In this document: one piece after another, positions 50,269 through 62,750 of the stretch
How the letters are laid out: each line of letters opens with the position of its first letter
How positions within the stretch are numbered: position 1 is the stretch's first letter
DNA from: Vicugna vicugna
Taxonomy: Eukaryota
Length of the DNA stretch: 64,000 nucleotides
Direction of reading: 5' to 3'
NCBI GenBank assembly: GCA_013265495.1
Contig: MU058059.1
Coordinates: 1,897,502 to 1,961,501, forward strand
Made by a program: the position numbers and the translations under genes
The notes under the pieces: generated by a model
What the model was told of the DNA's origin: nothing
The model's input: the letters and a program-made list of their open reading frames with translations, nothing else
The model's database searches: none

Positions 50269-50772
50269 CTGCGGGGGGGGAGGGGCACCGGCGTTTACTT
50301 CTCTGACACACCAGTGGCTTAAAAATATTTTATCATAAGCCTGCTGCCATTTGAAGGAAACCTTGCATCTTAAAAATACATCACACGGGTGGCATAAATT
50401 ATCTGGAATTTGCTTCCTTCTAATTCTAATTATGGATTATTACGTTGGCCTGAGCTAGAGTTAAGTGATCTTCAGAGTTTTAAAACCCACTTCATAAGGC
50501 ATGATGGGCATACAGAACTGTATGTACGTAGTGTGTACAACTCGGTGGGTTTGGGGCTAAGTACACACACGTGCAGCTACCACCAAAGCCACAGACGTGT
50601 CCAGCACCTCCCAACATTTCCTCTTGACGATGCCAACAAAAGTAGGCTCCTAAGTAACAAAGCAATGTGATAATCATTCTAATTACTTTCAAGTTCCTTT
50701 GAATTAAAAATGGTCTACAGCTTATAGGAGCACGGGATGTATATCTGCAAATTTTAAAAATCAGGGTGAACT

Positions 50773-50920
50773 GGGTGGGGGGACAGTATAGCCCAGTGGT
50801 AGAGTGCGTGCTTCGCATGCACAAGGTCCTGGGTTCAGTCTCTGGTGCCTCCATCAAAAATAGTAAATAAGTAAATAAGCCTAATGCCTTCCCCTTGCAA
50901 AAAAAAGAAAAGAAAAATAT
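50773..50920 (+). mobile_element. vic-1-like tRNA-derived SINE (camelid)
   Basis: A-box tagcccagtggtagag, B-box-like gggttcagtctc, (taaa)n/A tail; flanked by 19-bp direct repeat ttttaaaaatcagggtgaa (50752-50770, 50921-50939). Confidence 0.85.
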
Positions 50921-51348
50921 TTTTAAAAATCAGGGTGAATTCACACAGAGACTCCTATCTTGATATAAACAAAAATGCAGACGGTGCCCTTCAGGTCTCT
51001 TTCCCCCACGTGAGTGTCGGGTTCTTGAGAAGACCCTCCCAGGCCGCCGCACCCGGGCCTGCACGAGCCCCTATTAGCAAAGACAGTAAATGCTTGCTGA
51101 ATGACTGATGTCAGAAGGAGGAAGCATGACTGAAACTTTAAAAGACTTTCAGAATTTACGGAAAAATTAAAGAGCCATCTGTCTGATCTGGGGGGATTTT
51201 TCTAAGTGTTACCCTTCTCCACCCCCACTTAGAAGAGAAAATTAGCCACTACTCCAGTTCACAACAGGCCAGCCCAGGTCAGCATGATTTCAGACTGCAC
51301 CCCTGCCCCCAGGAAAGGTACGGGCTCTGGGCTGGATGTGGGTCTCAC

Positions 51349-51528
51349 CTGGTCCCCCTGAAACTGCCCAGGGAGCCGCCAGTAAAAGGGCTCCGCGTGG
51401 ACATGCCGCCTGACGGTCACGGCGTCCAGGAGGACATCGGGGGCCTGCGAGTACACCCCCTCGGTTGTACCCTTGAGGTCACTCTGAGAAACCACACGCA
51501 GACGAGGCTGTTTGGAGCTCAGCGTGAC
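51349..51528 (-). CDS. LAMA1: LAMA1 exon ~25 (L4b)
   Basis: 180 nt, tag|..|gtgag; VTLSSKQPRLRVVSQSDLKGTTEGVYSQAPDVLLDAVTVRRHVHAEPFYWRLPGQFQGDQ. Confidence 0.94.
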
Positions 51529-51962
51529 CTAGTCATGGAAGGGAGGACACTGAGAAACTTCATAGTGAATAAACTCCGTGCCTTTGACTGTCAGATTCTT
51601 CCACTGTTTCAGACGAGGCAGCTTCATTATTAAAACAGGAATAAGAAAGCCGTTTGTTTTAAATTTAAACATCTGGATTAAAATGAACTGAAAGTGCCTT
51701 CAATTAGGATCAAACTACACACCATTGGGCGATGTTCAATTACATGAAGGAGACTATTGAGATTTCAGTCCAAAGAGGGCTGCCAGAGGCCGAAGCCCCC
51801 GCTCCGTTGACCCCTGGGATGGAGTCAGCAGCAGGGCCCTGACTCACTCCCTCAAACCAGCTTCCTAGAATTTCTGACTTGGTAAGAAAATTTCCGTCCC
51901 ACCTTCCCCCGACTCCCAAGGGTGAAGGGTTAACACAGAACCCGTGACTGCGGGGGACTCAC

Positions 51963-52106
51963 CGGGGTCCTCACGTAGCCCTGGGCCTCGGCGCAGAGCT
52001 GTGACAGCCCCGAGCAGAAGCAGGGGGTACAGCCCTGGGGGGCGGCAGCGGCCAGAGCGAAGGTGCCGGCCCGACACTCGCTGCACCGTGGGCCGACGGC
52101 GTTCTC
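51963..52106 (-). CDS. LAMA1: LAMA1 exon ~24 (LEb end)
   Basis: 144 nt, tag|..|gtgag; ENAVGPRCSECRAGTFALAAAAPQGCTPCFCSGLSQLCAEAQGYVRTP. Confidence 0.94.
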
Positions 52107-52977
52107 CTAGAGGGCACACAGCAACAGACTGGTTTTTACCTGAACAAGAGACACGGTTCCTGAACAGAAATGAAATAAAACACAAAAAAGTTCTGGATGA
52201 ACAAACAGCGGGAGCTAGCTGTTCCTGCGGTGGGTTCCCGAGCCTCTCTGAGCCTCAGCTCTCAGACCTGGCGGTTCCCGGGCCCATAAGTCTCCTGGAG
52301 CCGCCAGGTGACCCTAATCCGGGGGGGTGGAGCCCACAGGCCCAGTGATTACGAGGAGGTCCTCCTGCGCTGCTGGCCGAGCTGCAGCCACAGGTGTGGT
52401 GAAGCAAGCTCGCGGCCCCACGTGCGTCTCCCCTCCCTTCTCCCCCTTCACTCATTAACCCAGGACCCGGCTTCCATCTCACCAGCCCCTGGGAAAGGAC
52501 CCGAGAAGCCAGCCAATGACCTTCTAATAACAAAGCACAATGAGAAAACTAATGGAAACACACGGAATTCAGCATGATGTTGAAATCGGACCCCCTGGGA
52601 AATAATACACCCAAATGTCCTCCAGTCTGGCCGGCACACACAAGAGAATGCTTACCAGCCCTAAAAAACCACAGATCTTCCTGAAGCCCTGTGTCATCTG
52701 TTCTACCTGTGTAGTCAAGACAGACTGGCTACTCAGCCAACTGGAACACAGGAGAGAAAACTCAGCGTGGTTTTCAAGTTAGTTCCATCACCTGACACTT
52801 GTAATAAACAACAGAAATTCCATCTAAAGCTCACCTGTCATTCTAGAAGAGCACACACAGAATTTAAACTCGGGCCTGGAAGGTGGTGTGAACTCACAGG
52901 TGCCTACTTCCGTAGCTGAAGCCCCAGCGTCGGACTGGCAGCGGGCGAGGGAAGAGAGTGGAGCCCAGGGCCCGTAC

Positions 52978-53214
52978 CTTGCACAAGCAGGTCCCAGTTT
53001 CCTGTGCGCAGCTGCAGAGCCCCTGCTCCTGGTCGCAGGTGTCGGGCAGCGTCCCTCTCAGGTCGCAGTTGCAGGCCACGCACTCTGGGAAGTCTCTGTA
53101 ACCCAGGGAGCACTGGTCGCAGGTCCAGCCACCGAACGCAGGCTCACACGGGCAACGGCCAGTGAGCACGTCGCACCGAGGACTGGCTGAGCCCACATTA
53201 CTGCAGTTGCAGGC
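52978..53214 (-). CDS. LAMA1: LAMA1 exon ~23 (LEb)
   Basis: 237 nt, cag|..|gtacg; ACNCSNVGSASPRCDVLTGRCPCEPAFGGWTCDQCSLGYRDFPECVACNCDLRGTLPDTCDQEQGLCSCAQETGTCLCK. Confidence 0.95.
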
Positions 53215-53779
53215 CTGAGAGAAAAAAACTAACTAAAAAGGCAGCTTTGGCATTTTCATCATCTGCACCTGCGAGGATTACAGGACAACACTGAACGTGG
53301 GGAAATTATACAGACAAAGGGCTCCTCCCACTGCCGCACGTGCCCACCGGAGGCCGGACTACACTGCTGGACTGAGCGCACGGGCGTGGTGCACGCTCAC
53401 GGGGCCTGAGCCGTGGCCTGACGTCTAGTCTACCCCAAAGGTCAAAGCAGTGCAGCAAATTATTTTAGAAGTCAAGAAATTTGCCCTGTTTTCAAAACAC
53501 AAACTCCAGCATTTATTACAGAATATATTTAAAGGGCACTAATATAAAGTTCTGATCTTCTAACCGTCAGCTCCGCAGCTGGCTCCTGAAGAAAGCTGAG
53601 AATAACGTGTTATTATAAAGGTGCCACTGCTTCTACTTTGATTCTGACAATCCGTACTGAGCTTTAAAAAGAAGCCATGAAGCTAATTAACAGGTTAAAA
53701 TCAAGCGAATAGCTAGCAGCAGATGAATGACATGTGATGCAGCAGAGTGATTCTCAGCTGAGACAGTGACAGTTCACAC

Positions 53780-53916
53780 CTGGCACCCGAGCTCCAGGTC
53801 GTGGCCCCAGTGTCCATCCTCACACTCCTCACACGCTGCGCCCCGGGTATGAGGCGGGCAGACGCACTCCCCAGACTCCGGGTCACAGGAATTCTGAGTG
53901 TGAGCGCAGTCGCAGG
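53780..53916 (-). CDS. LAMA1: LAMA1 exon ~22 (LEb)
   Basis: 137 nt, tag|..|gtgtg; CDCAHTQNSCDPESGECVCPPHTRGAACEECEDGHWGHDLELGCQ. Confidence 0.94.
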
Positions 53917-54209
53917 CTACGGCAAAGACAGAGGGTGTTGTTAGGGATGAGGATGGTTGGGTCAACTGACGGGTGAGAGCCGACCCTGCAAGTTATTTCC
54001 CTTTTCTTAATCAACATCACTCTGCTCCTTCCTGAAGGGGACCGCGCGTCTGACGGGAGGTGGCGCTTCTCCTTGCGGAGAGATGCTGTGGCTGGGAGAT
54101 AACTGGGATGCAGAGGGAGGAAGAGAGCTTGTTGAGAACTTCTTGTTGCCAACTGACCTGTTAAGGACTTTGACAACCTTAGCAATATCTCCTGGGTGGA
54201 GAGGATAAT

Positions 54210-54295
54210 TGGCTTCTCCATTCCACAGGTGAGGACACCAAAGCTAAGAGGAGTTAAGTAAGTAGTCTAAACGCACACAATTGATGCAGCCTGAC
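54210..54295 (-). mobile_element. MIR fragment
   Basis: ccattccacaggtgaggacaccaaagctaagaggagttaagtaa. Confidence 0.5.
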
Positions 54296-54460
54296 CACGG
54301 CTTATGGCCTTAACAAGAACCGGGCTTAGGAAACAGAAAAAAAGGCATGAAATCCTACATGTTCAGAAAAAAAGGAACTTAACAGACTTCGTCAGAAGTC
54401 AAAGGAGAGCTCAAAGAAAAGTCTGGGGATTACAACAAAGTCTCAAATCTGAGCGCTTAC

Positions 54461-54641
54461 GTGTACAGCCACCGTCCTGGTAGGCGTAGAAGCCGTGGGC
54501 ACACCTGTCGCACCTTCGCCCGGCCACGCCTGGAGCGCAGTGGCACTGGCCTTCCTCCGTGCAGGCGTCCGACAGGGAGCCCGGCGTGCTGCAGTTACAG
54601 GGCAGGCACCCGCGGCCCGCGTCCAGCCCGTAGTAGCCGAG
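54461..54641 (-). CDS. LAMA1: LAMA1 exon ~21 (LEb)
   Basis: 181 nt, cag|..|gtaag; [60 protein letters not shown]. Confidence 0.94.
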
Positions 54642-54937
54642 CTGTTTCGAGGTGGAGGGGCAGAGGCGTGGAAGACAAACGACGTTGTAGTAATTAAGCC
54701 ACTAGCACCGACTAGAACGTTCCCCAAATCCAACACTGCACGTTTCCCAGACTCACAAAGTGTTCATGACATCATTCCACTGCTGTGAACTGAACACGCA
54801 CTCTCCACATAGGGACCCGCATCACCCACCGGCCGCGCTGCCGGGATCCGTGAATTCCACTTTGTGGAACCAGTTATCAGTTACAGACATCACAGGACAA
54901 CACTCTCACTGGACTCAACGGACCCGAGGCGTCTTAC

Positions 54938-55044
54938 CACGCACTGGTCACACTGCTGTCCGGTCACGTGTGTTTTGCAGTCACAGAGTCCAGTCTCAGG
55001 ATGGCAGATGGCAGAAAGGGAGCCTTGTCTGTGGCATTCACAGG
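54938..55044 (-). CDS. LAMA1: LAMA1 exon ~20 (LEb)
   Basis: 107 nt, cag|..|gtaag; CECHRQGSLSAICHPETGLCDCKTHVTGQQCDQCV (not in the ORF track, found by reading). Confidence 0.94.
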
Positions 55045-55557
55045 CTGACACATACACAAGACATATTTGTGCCCATTTCTGGGTATGGTTGTTAGAAAAT
55101 CCTTTAATCCCAAAAGGAAAAATTTTTAACTTTCACATTTTAAATCATAAGACTAAAAATAAGTATTGCTTTGCAGTAACTTTAAAAATTTAGTGGTTTT
55201 CCAAAATAAGGTTGGTGGAAGGAACCATCACAGAGAAGAAAAATTACTGATACTAGTAAGATAATAATTAGCAAGCAAACTCAACCAGTTTCATTTCCTT
55301 GAAAATTTTAAAATGAGACACCAATGTATATCCACAAATCTGCATAAAAAACATGCAAGATTTCAAAATCAATTTAACCACTTGCTCATTCCAGTCATAT
55401 ATATATTTAGTATTTTAAAGCTCAGTTATAATCATCTAGGTAACTGATATATTTCAAAATTTAATAAAATATTTCCCTGCTCTGGAGCTTCAGGTTCTTC
55501 CCTTCAGGCCAGATGCTTTAGCTTTATCTACAGTCAGAATACAGAACGTTGATGTTT

Positions 55558-55673
55558 TATCTATTTATCTATCTATCTACTTATTTATTTATTTACTTAA
55601 TTGAAGTGTGTCAGCTTCCGTTGTGCAGCACCAAGGCCCAGCCGTGTGTGCACACACTTACATATTCGCTTTC
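55558..55673 (-). mobile_element. Very short L1 3' tail with TSD
   Basis: (ttat)n tail then aattgaagt..gtgcagcac..catattcgctttcata, the reverse of the 3'UTR end at 17870-17965; flanked by atacagaacgttgatgttt / atacagaatattgatattt. Confidence 0.7.
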
Positions 55674-58031
55674 ATACAGAATATTGATATTTAAAGCTAC
55701 CAGCTCCCCCACCTTTTCAAAGTGACGCAGTTTAAGGGGTCCGAGAAACGTTCACTTGCTCTTCGTACCACAGCTGACATCTGCACGTCACTCAGAATAT
55801 TTAATGTATCGCCGACAGGCTATCCCAGGACGTGCACAGTTTGAGTGCTTGGGCTCAGAAAGCGCACGCTCTTCTCCGTCGTGTGGTATAACCACGTGAG
55901 AAAAACTTCTCAAGTTATCTCAAGGGCAAGAGCACTTCGGCACCACACTGCAGGGTGAGGGGCAGAGCGGGGGAGACCCTGGGGACTGGCTGATGTCAGA
56001 GGAGACATCAACTCCTAAGTTTCCTTAGTTGAGCAGGGCCTGGTCACGGGCCTCTCTCCTCAAGGACCTCGCTGTTGTGAGGGGACTGATGCTGACGGCT
56101 CCTGCAGGGGTGGGCCAGGTGCTACTCACACTGGCCAGGGCCCTCACACAGCTGCCTGTTCCTGTAGGTTTCCTTTTATTTTCTGTATTTCTGAGGCTTT
56201 GACTCCTGGGGCCCCTCCCAGGGCTAGTCAGTTTCTGAGCCAGTAAACAGCTCACCTGCCTTTCATATGCAGACCAGCCCGTGCTGAGCCCACACCCCAC
56301 CGCCTTCCTCACTGGGCTCCCTGTTCCTTTGGGCTCTCAGGTCTGTCTCTCCACCTGTCCCGACCACCCTCACCCCTGGCTGTGCATCAGACAAGAGGGA
56401 CAGCCCCCTGGCCCGGGACCTGCTGCAATGATTCAAAGTAGCCAGTTGATCCGGAACCTGCTTAACTGCCTGCCCTTTTCTTCCTGCAGATAAAGACCCT
56501 TGCCCACACTTCCCATCTCCCGATCTGCTGGCCCTGCTGTACCGAAATAATAATAAAACCACATTTAAAACAGTCCTCAGCCTCCAACCACTCTCAGCGG
56601 TCTCCCACGGAAAACATCTCACACACAACACTCACTCACACCCCGGCCCCCAGCACCCAACTCTGAGGTTCCATCCCTGACCCCTATCGATTGGCGCCCC
56701 CCTCGCCGTCCCTTCCCCTCAGCACAGCCAGCGTCCAGTCCAGCTTGTGCACCGTGCCTTCTTGGCCCCTTGGCTGCTGCAGCTGCTCTTCCTGAACGGC
56801 CAGGACCCCCAGGTGCAGATTCCGTGAGCAGGTCCTGGCTCCTGGTCCACAGCCCCTCCCTCCCTTTTGAACCTCTCTTCCCTGGGTTTCGGGACCCCCA
56901 CTCTGGTTTCCTTCCTGTCTCTTGAAGTTCCCTCTGGGCCTCCCTGTCTGTATCTCACTTAAAGCTTGCTCTTCCTCTGGGGAACATTCGGAGTTCACTT
57001 CGCGTATGATCATCACAAAGTATTTGTGATAATAACAAATCACATTTATCGAACGGCCGTCAGCTTGTGTCTGTCTCGTTACAGTCAACACACAGAATAA
57101 AGGAATCAACCTTCGTAACAAACGGAGGATGGAAGCACTTTAATTTGCCCTAGTTTGGGGTGTGAAGTCTAAACCTTAGGAAGGTGATGTAACTTGTTGC
57201 TGTAGATCACACAGCTGTTAGCAGCTACCCTTTTATAGTAATTACAATAGCGATTATTAACAAAAGTTGTTCACAGTATGAGTAATACTGATTTTAAATA
57301 GTTGTTAATTACTGACTGCAGACGCTTTCCATGTATTTTAATTCTCATAAGAACCTCATCGTATAAAATTATTCCTACTGAGGTCATTTCATACAAAGTT
57401 TCTTTAACCTTTGAGCTTAAGGGTTCCCACAAGCCTCTTCTCCCTCAGCGCCACTCTCTGCCTGGACAGGGGTGTCCACCACTTCAACGACCACAGGGCC
57501 AAACTCATAACCCTCCAGCCCCCATCTTCCCTGATTCCTGCCCTCCGGAATATCCAAGCACCTTCCCAGCAACTCCATGAGACTTCCCATGTTGGTGATA
57601 TTAAATACTGGAATTTTTACTGGGTTAACCCAATAAAATATCATATTACCATGTGGAGACCTCTGGGAAGTCCACAAGCAGGACCCCTATTGTATACCTG
57701 GAAAGCTCTCTAGTGAAATAATAGAAACAGCTGCAAGAATTCATATCAACAAAGCTGGGGGAGGAGAAAGAGGAGGCGAGAAGAGAAGGAAAAGTGTAAA
57801 TGCTCAGAACGCGAGTGAGCCCGGGGTCAGCCTACACCCAGTCCAGCTGCCTGTGCGGCCGGCGTGGACCAGGACCCAAATCCCACCCTGCTGCCCTCCC
57901 CAGCTCCGGTCATCGCCCAGACCTTCCCTTCACCTCTGTGGGAAGATGCTGAAGCAGTTCTGTCCTTACGGATACAGATAAAGGGAAACTGTCCTTTGGT
58001 GCATGATGGAAAACGTCTTGGTATGCCTGAA

Positions 58032-58343
58032 CAGTGCTGTGTGACTGCACTGCTTCAGCACTGACGTCTGTGTAACCTGCACACAGATCAAGTGCTTATC
58101 AACTTAGCATCCAGCTGAGATCAGCTATAAAACACGCACTGAATTGTGAAGAATCAGTATGAAGAGAAGAAAGCAGTTACCTTATTAACACTTTGAAAAC
58201 TTGATTTCATGGTAAAATAATACTTTCTACGCATTGGAGTAAATAAAATGCAATATTAAAATGTAGTTTACCTGTTTCTTTTTACTTTTTAAAAGGGTGT
58301 TACTAGAGAATTTTAAATTACATGTTTCTGTTGAACAGCACTG
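58032..58343. mobile_element. MER33/MER3-like hAT-Charlie DNA transposon
   Basis: Terminal inverted 9-mers cagtgctgt (58032) / acagcactg (58335); internal aaataaaatgcaatattaaa..acctgtttctttttactttttaa..tactagagaattttaaattaca. Confidence 0.7.
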
Positions 58344-58459
58344 ATATAGGAAAATCATAAAAATGACCACTCTTATTACTAGCAATTATGATAGCTACCA
58401 TTTGTTTACTGTTTAGAACTTCAAATTTGTTATCCCAGTGACTTCTCAGAAAGGCCTTA

Positions 58460-58490
58460 GTGTGTGTGTGTGTGTGTGTATATATATGTA
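58460..58490. repeat. (TG)n(TA)n microsatellite
   Basis: gtgtgtgtgtgtgtgtgtgtatatatatgtata. Confidence 0.9.
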
Positions 58491-58494
58491 TAGA

Positions 58495-58620
58495 ATGTTC
58501 ATTTCACACATGAGGCAGCAGTGGCTGGGAGAAGTTAATATGTTTGCCTTACGTCACACAGCTGATCTGTGACCAACCCTGGACCCTGCATTAGTCAGAC
58601 TCCAAAGCCAGAGAGCCACA
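58495..58620 (-). mobile_element. MIR fragment
   Basis: catttcacacatgaggcagcagtggctgggagaagttaa..gtcacacagctg..gactccaaagcc. Confidence 0.55.
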
Positions 58621-59558
58621 CGTGGGCTCATCTTCCACACCATCGTGTGTGGCTCCCAAAGAGACTTGGGACACAATTTCTAGCTCCAGTCACAGAGCTC
58701 AGAACAATGCCTGGGAAGTAGCAGACACTTAATAAATGACAAATGCACTAAGAAATGGATCATCAAGTTTGCAGTAAGGACAGAAGAAATGACACGAAAA
58801 TTGTGAAAGCATTCTGTAAACTCTGATGCTTTATACAAATGCCAGTTATCATAATTATCCTGGGATAACCCATCAAGGTGCTGAAGACCGGGTTGATAGG
58901 CCCAGTCTCTTGACTTGCACCTGGGAAAACATCTTTTCTGTGTCGCTAGCACCCCCTTGTGTCTCCACGTTGTAATAGCATAGTAGGACCAGCATTTATA
59001 GGAAATTATCAAAACAGTTTACAAGTGTCATTTTTACTCTTTCACTCCTTCTTCAAGGAAAGTGCAAAAGAATCTGAGAGCTGTGTTAGCCCGAAGGCTA
59101 TAAGTTTGTCCTCCAGGGAATATGAAAATCTTTTCTCAGGGAGTGGTTCTGCATGGCCCGTGTTTCAGGGGTCTGAGCAGAGCCCTGCAGAGCACCGCAG
59201 GGGTCAGTGGTTCAGGTACAGACCACTGAGATGCGCCCATTTGCGGGGCTGCGGTGTCCCCACTTCCCACCCTACCTCTTGAAATCCCATCGGCCTCATG
59301 AAGCCGGGACGAGCTCCTTTCATGTTGGTCATGGGAGCAGGGCCAGCACGTTCTCCACAGATGGAAGGGTGTGTCCAGGCCATGTGACCTTCACTGGGGA
59401 AAATCAAGCGAACCCAGGGGAGACGAGACAGACCTCGTGCCACTCAGGTCAAGTTCCCAAGCCACCTCCTGGGCCGAATACCTTTGACACAAGTAAGTAG
59501 ATGGGAGGAGACATCACACGTGACAAGGAACGGACTTGCCCTTGGCCCTCACACTCAC

Positions 59559-59770
59559 CGCGGCAGTTTTTCGCGGTCACAGCATCCCCGTAGAAGCCAT
59601 CAGCACACCGCTCACAGTGGGGGCCGCCCGTGTTCCCAATGCACTGCAGGCAGTCTCCCGTGACGGAGTCACAGCGCCCGGCCTCCAAGGGGTCCACGTT
59701 GCCGCTGCAGTTACAAGGGACACAGGAATCCCCAGGCACCGTGGGGTTTCCATAGTAACCATCTGCGCAT
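59559..59770 (-). CDS. LAMA1: LAMA1 exon ~19 (LEb)
   Basis: 212 nt, cag|..|gtgag; CADGYYGNPTVPGDSCVPCNCSGNVDPLEAGRCDSVTGDCLQCIGNTGGPHCERCADGFYGDAVTAKNCR. Confidence 0.96.
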
Positions 59771-60437
59771 CTGCAGCAGAGATTGAAAGAGGGATGCAAA
59801 CAAATGCAATTACTGCAGACATTGCCCCACCATCCAGGGACTCCCTGCACACTTCATCAGTCAGACGGACTGTCTACCTAAGATTTACTGTGAGAGCAAT
59901 GCTGCTCCAAGTTCAGCGTCCAGGTTCCTTCCACTCATCGTGAGGAACCGGGAATGATCCGAAAGGGGCCAAACCTCCCAGAGGATGCGATCGCAGTCCC
60001 AGGCAACTTGACCTGCATCCCACCTCTCCGGGATGTCACCCTCCTAGGACTCCAGCCAGACTTGGCACCGAGACTTACACGTGGGAAAGACAACCCTGGC
60101 TTCCAGGCACCAGAAGACATCGATTAAATCCAGCCACCCCTCACCTATGGGATTGGCCTGAGGAACGGGATGTGTAAATGTGGGGACAGAAGTACTGACT
60201 CCTGGCTGTTTCCTGTTGTTACTGATGAGAGCTCCGATTTGCTTAAGAAGATGGAAAAGTTACCAGGGACTTTCAACTTTAATTTTTTGACCAACCTGCT
60301 GGCTTTTCTCTATGATTAGATGAAATAATAATTACATGCCCGAACTGCTAAAACTACATGTTTAAAAATAAACACACAGAATTTCAGTCCAAAATATTAA
60401 TGCAACTTTTGGGAAGCGGCTGAAGGAAGCAGGGTAC

Positions 60438-60524
60438 CTCTCGCACCAATCTCCCATGTATCCCGGAGCACACTGGTCACAGACCACTTCGTCCCTGTCG
60501 TCCAGGTGGCAGGTGGGGCTGAAA
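60438..60524 (-). CDS. LAMA1: LAMA1 exon ~18 (LEb)
   Basis: 87 nt, cag|..|gtacc; FSPTCHLDDRDEVVCDQCAPGYMGDWCE. Confidence 0.94.
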
Positions 60525-61912
60525 CTGACAGAACAGTAGAAACGGAGGTAGTTATCCAGGGGAAGGTGCAAAACTCCTGGTATTAAAGTGCTAAGTTTCT
60601 ATCATTCCTGTCCACACAAACTTGCACTGGGCCCTCAGAGCCCAGAACCCAGGGCCCAGCCACACAGCCCGCCCCGTGGGCACATGACACTCATTGCTTC
60701 TCTGGCCCTAGACTCCACTCCTCAGCCGCGGCCTGGGTTTGCTGTCTTGTCCCCAGGGCCCAGCTCAGTGGCTGCCTCCTCCAGGAGGCCTGCCCTGACG
60801 CTTCTGATCATGCAGAAATCCTCTCCTCTGCCTCAGAGCCCTGCCCACAATGGCCAAGGGTGCGCTCGCTTCCACGCCAGAGCCAAGAGGCTCCTGCACT
60901 TCAGGGAGTTGATGACATCTCCCAAAGAGCCCTCACTGTCTCCGGAAGGACCACGAAGGGAGGCCTGGGGGCAGTGGCGAGCCCTCCCACTCTGCTTTCA
61001 CCAGAGCAGCCCTTATTCTGTTTTATAAGCTGCTGGAGTTTCAGCTAGAAATCCCTGTGGGGGACTCCTCTAGGTGTGGGTAGGGGATGGTTCTGAAGGT
61101 GAACAGTGAGAAAGAAAGAGGCTTTCAGACTGCTGGCCTGGGGACACACAAGCTCCAGCACGAGTGACATACGAGGCCTTGAATATAACTGTCCTCCCCC
61201 CTCCCCTCCTGCTCTGTGCCCGGGGCTGCCCGCAGCTCCTCCAGCGGGGAGCTGTTCACGCCGCCAGGCACTGGCACACCGCTGCCTCCTGCCCGGAGCG
61301 CCCCTCTCTGCTGCCTTCCAATTAGCTCCCACCCTGGGAGTCTCAGATCAAGGGCTCCCCCAGGGAGCTGCCTCCTCTGTGTACTGGACCACATTGTGCA
61401 GTCAGTGGGGCCGGCAGCCACAGGGGAACGGCTGGACACTCAGAACCCTTCCTACGACACCCAGCATACATTAGGCGCTCGATAAACATTTGTTGAATCA
61501 ATAAAATGAATTTGGCCCATTCTTGATTTACATACTTGGATCATTAGTTCAAAAACTCCTCAATCCCAGGAACATGTTTTATTTTATTTATCTCTGCACC
61601 CCTCTTCCTCCAAGCCCAGTGGAAGGCACACAGTATACACTTATGAAAGAACTGATGGCCACATCAGAACAGGAGGAAAAAGCATGCAAATGTCCTTGCT
61701 ATCACACGACTTTCCTTACAGAATTCAACGCACTACACTTAAAAAGAAAAAGAGAGAGAGAATCTGTTCCTCCATCTCTAATCCCAGTTAAGTACCAGGG
61801 GCGAAATCCACACTGTCCTCACACACAGGTCTTGCTCTGAAGACAGCAGTGCACACCCGGCTGGAGAGCCTGGCCAGGCGGGGCAGGCGGACTGGGGACA
61901 CGCCAGGCTTAC

Positions 61913-62040
61913 TTGTTGGAGGCTGTGGCGAGGGGGCAGGCACACGGCTGGCAGTCCCCAGGGGTCCCGCGGGAAGGCAGCCCGTAGAAGCCCGGCAGGC
62001 ACTGCTCACAGTGGTCCCCGGTGGTGTTGTGCTGGCACGC
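61913..62040 (-). CDS. LAMA1: LAMA1 exon ~17 (LEb)
   Basis: 128 nt, tag|..|gtaag; [42 protein letters not shown]. Confidence 0.95.
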
Positions 62041-62559
62041 CTAGGACACACGCACGGGAAGAAGACTCACTCAGACCACCTGATGAACCTAAATCAATTC
62101 AAGATGCAACTGGCCTTGGTAAATACCTACATGGTTGTGCTGAAAGTATTGTGCAAAATAACTAGTTTCATTAAAATACATTTGACTTATGCTCAATTGC
62201 AAAACATTTATGATTTGCTTTCTTTGCTCAAAGGGCCAGATTGGGTCTTCTTTCTCTTTGGGAAAACTACGATGTAATTCTGTTGAAACACCTGCTGAAG
62301 GTCTGTTTCAGCGTCTTCTCAGGTGGTGCCAGCATCCCTTTAAGTGACAGTCGCTGTTGGTGGGTGTGGGATGTGAGGGGATGGGAATTTTCAATTCCTT
62401 GGGGAGGAAACACATGTTCTCTTGATTGGAAAAGGAGAAAAGGAAAAACCCGGGGGCCCAAGACATGCACAGCTGCATTTTATGCCCCTGTCTTTGCAAA
62501 GGAAAGAAACTGATTTATCCCTGGAGTAAGAGCAGAGAGAGCTCAGAGAAAGGAGTAAG

Positions 62560-62750
62560 GACGCAGGTAAACTGTGGACGCTGGGTGACTGTGACGTGTG
62601 TGTCTGGTCACCAAGTGTAACTGGTAGGGGGTGTTGGTAATGGGGGAGGATGAGCATGTTGGGGGAAGGGGCCTATGGGTAAGCTCCATTCCTTCCTCTC
62701 AATTTTGCCGTAAACCTAAAACTACTCTTAAAAAATAGTCTTTAAAAAAA
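62560..62750 (+). mobile_element. Old L1 (L1MC/MD-like) 3' tail
   Basis: gtaaactgtggacgctgggtga..ctcaattttgccgtaaacctaaaactactcttaaaaaatagtc. Confidence 0.7.

Larger units (their letters stand above)
32..62040 (-). other. LAMA1: Laminin subunit alpha-1 gene, internal part (44 exons, ~ex17-ex60); both gene ends lie outside the window
   Basis: Manually spliced exons give one 6442-nt frame with LE repeats, L4b, coiled coil, IKVAV and LG1-LG4/5. Diagnostic alpha-1 peptides: IKVAVSADR, TWYKIAFQRNRK, DYAALQLHEGRLHFMFDLG. Confidence 0.98.

Noticed and set aside
50776..50852. tRNA gene
   Set aside because: The tRNA-like head is followed by a SINE tail and flanked by a TSD, so it is a SINE.
32..62040. 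Missing or pseudogenised LAMA1 exons (several are absent from the ORF track)
   Set aside because: All were found by direct reading, with GT-AG ends and consistent phases; no stops or frameshifts in the spliced frame.
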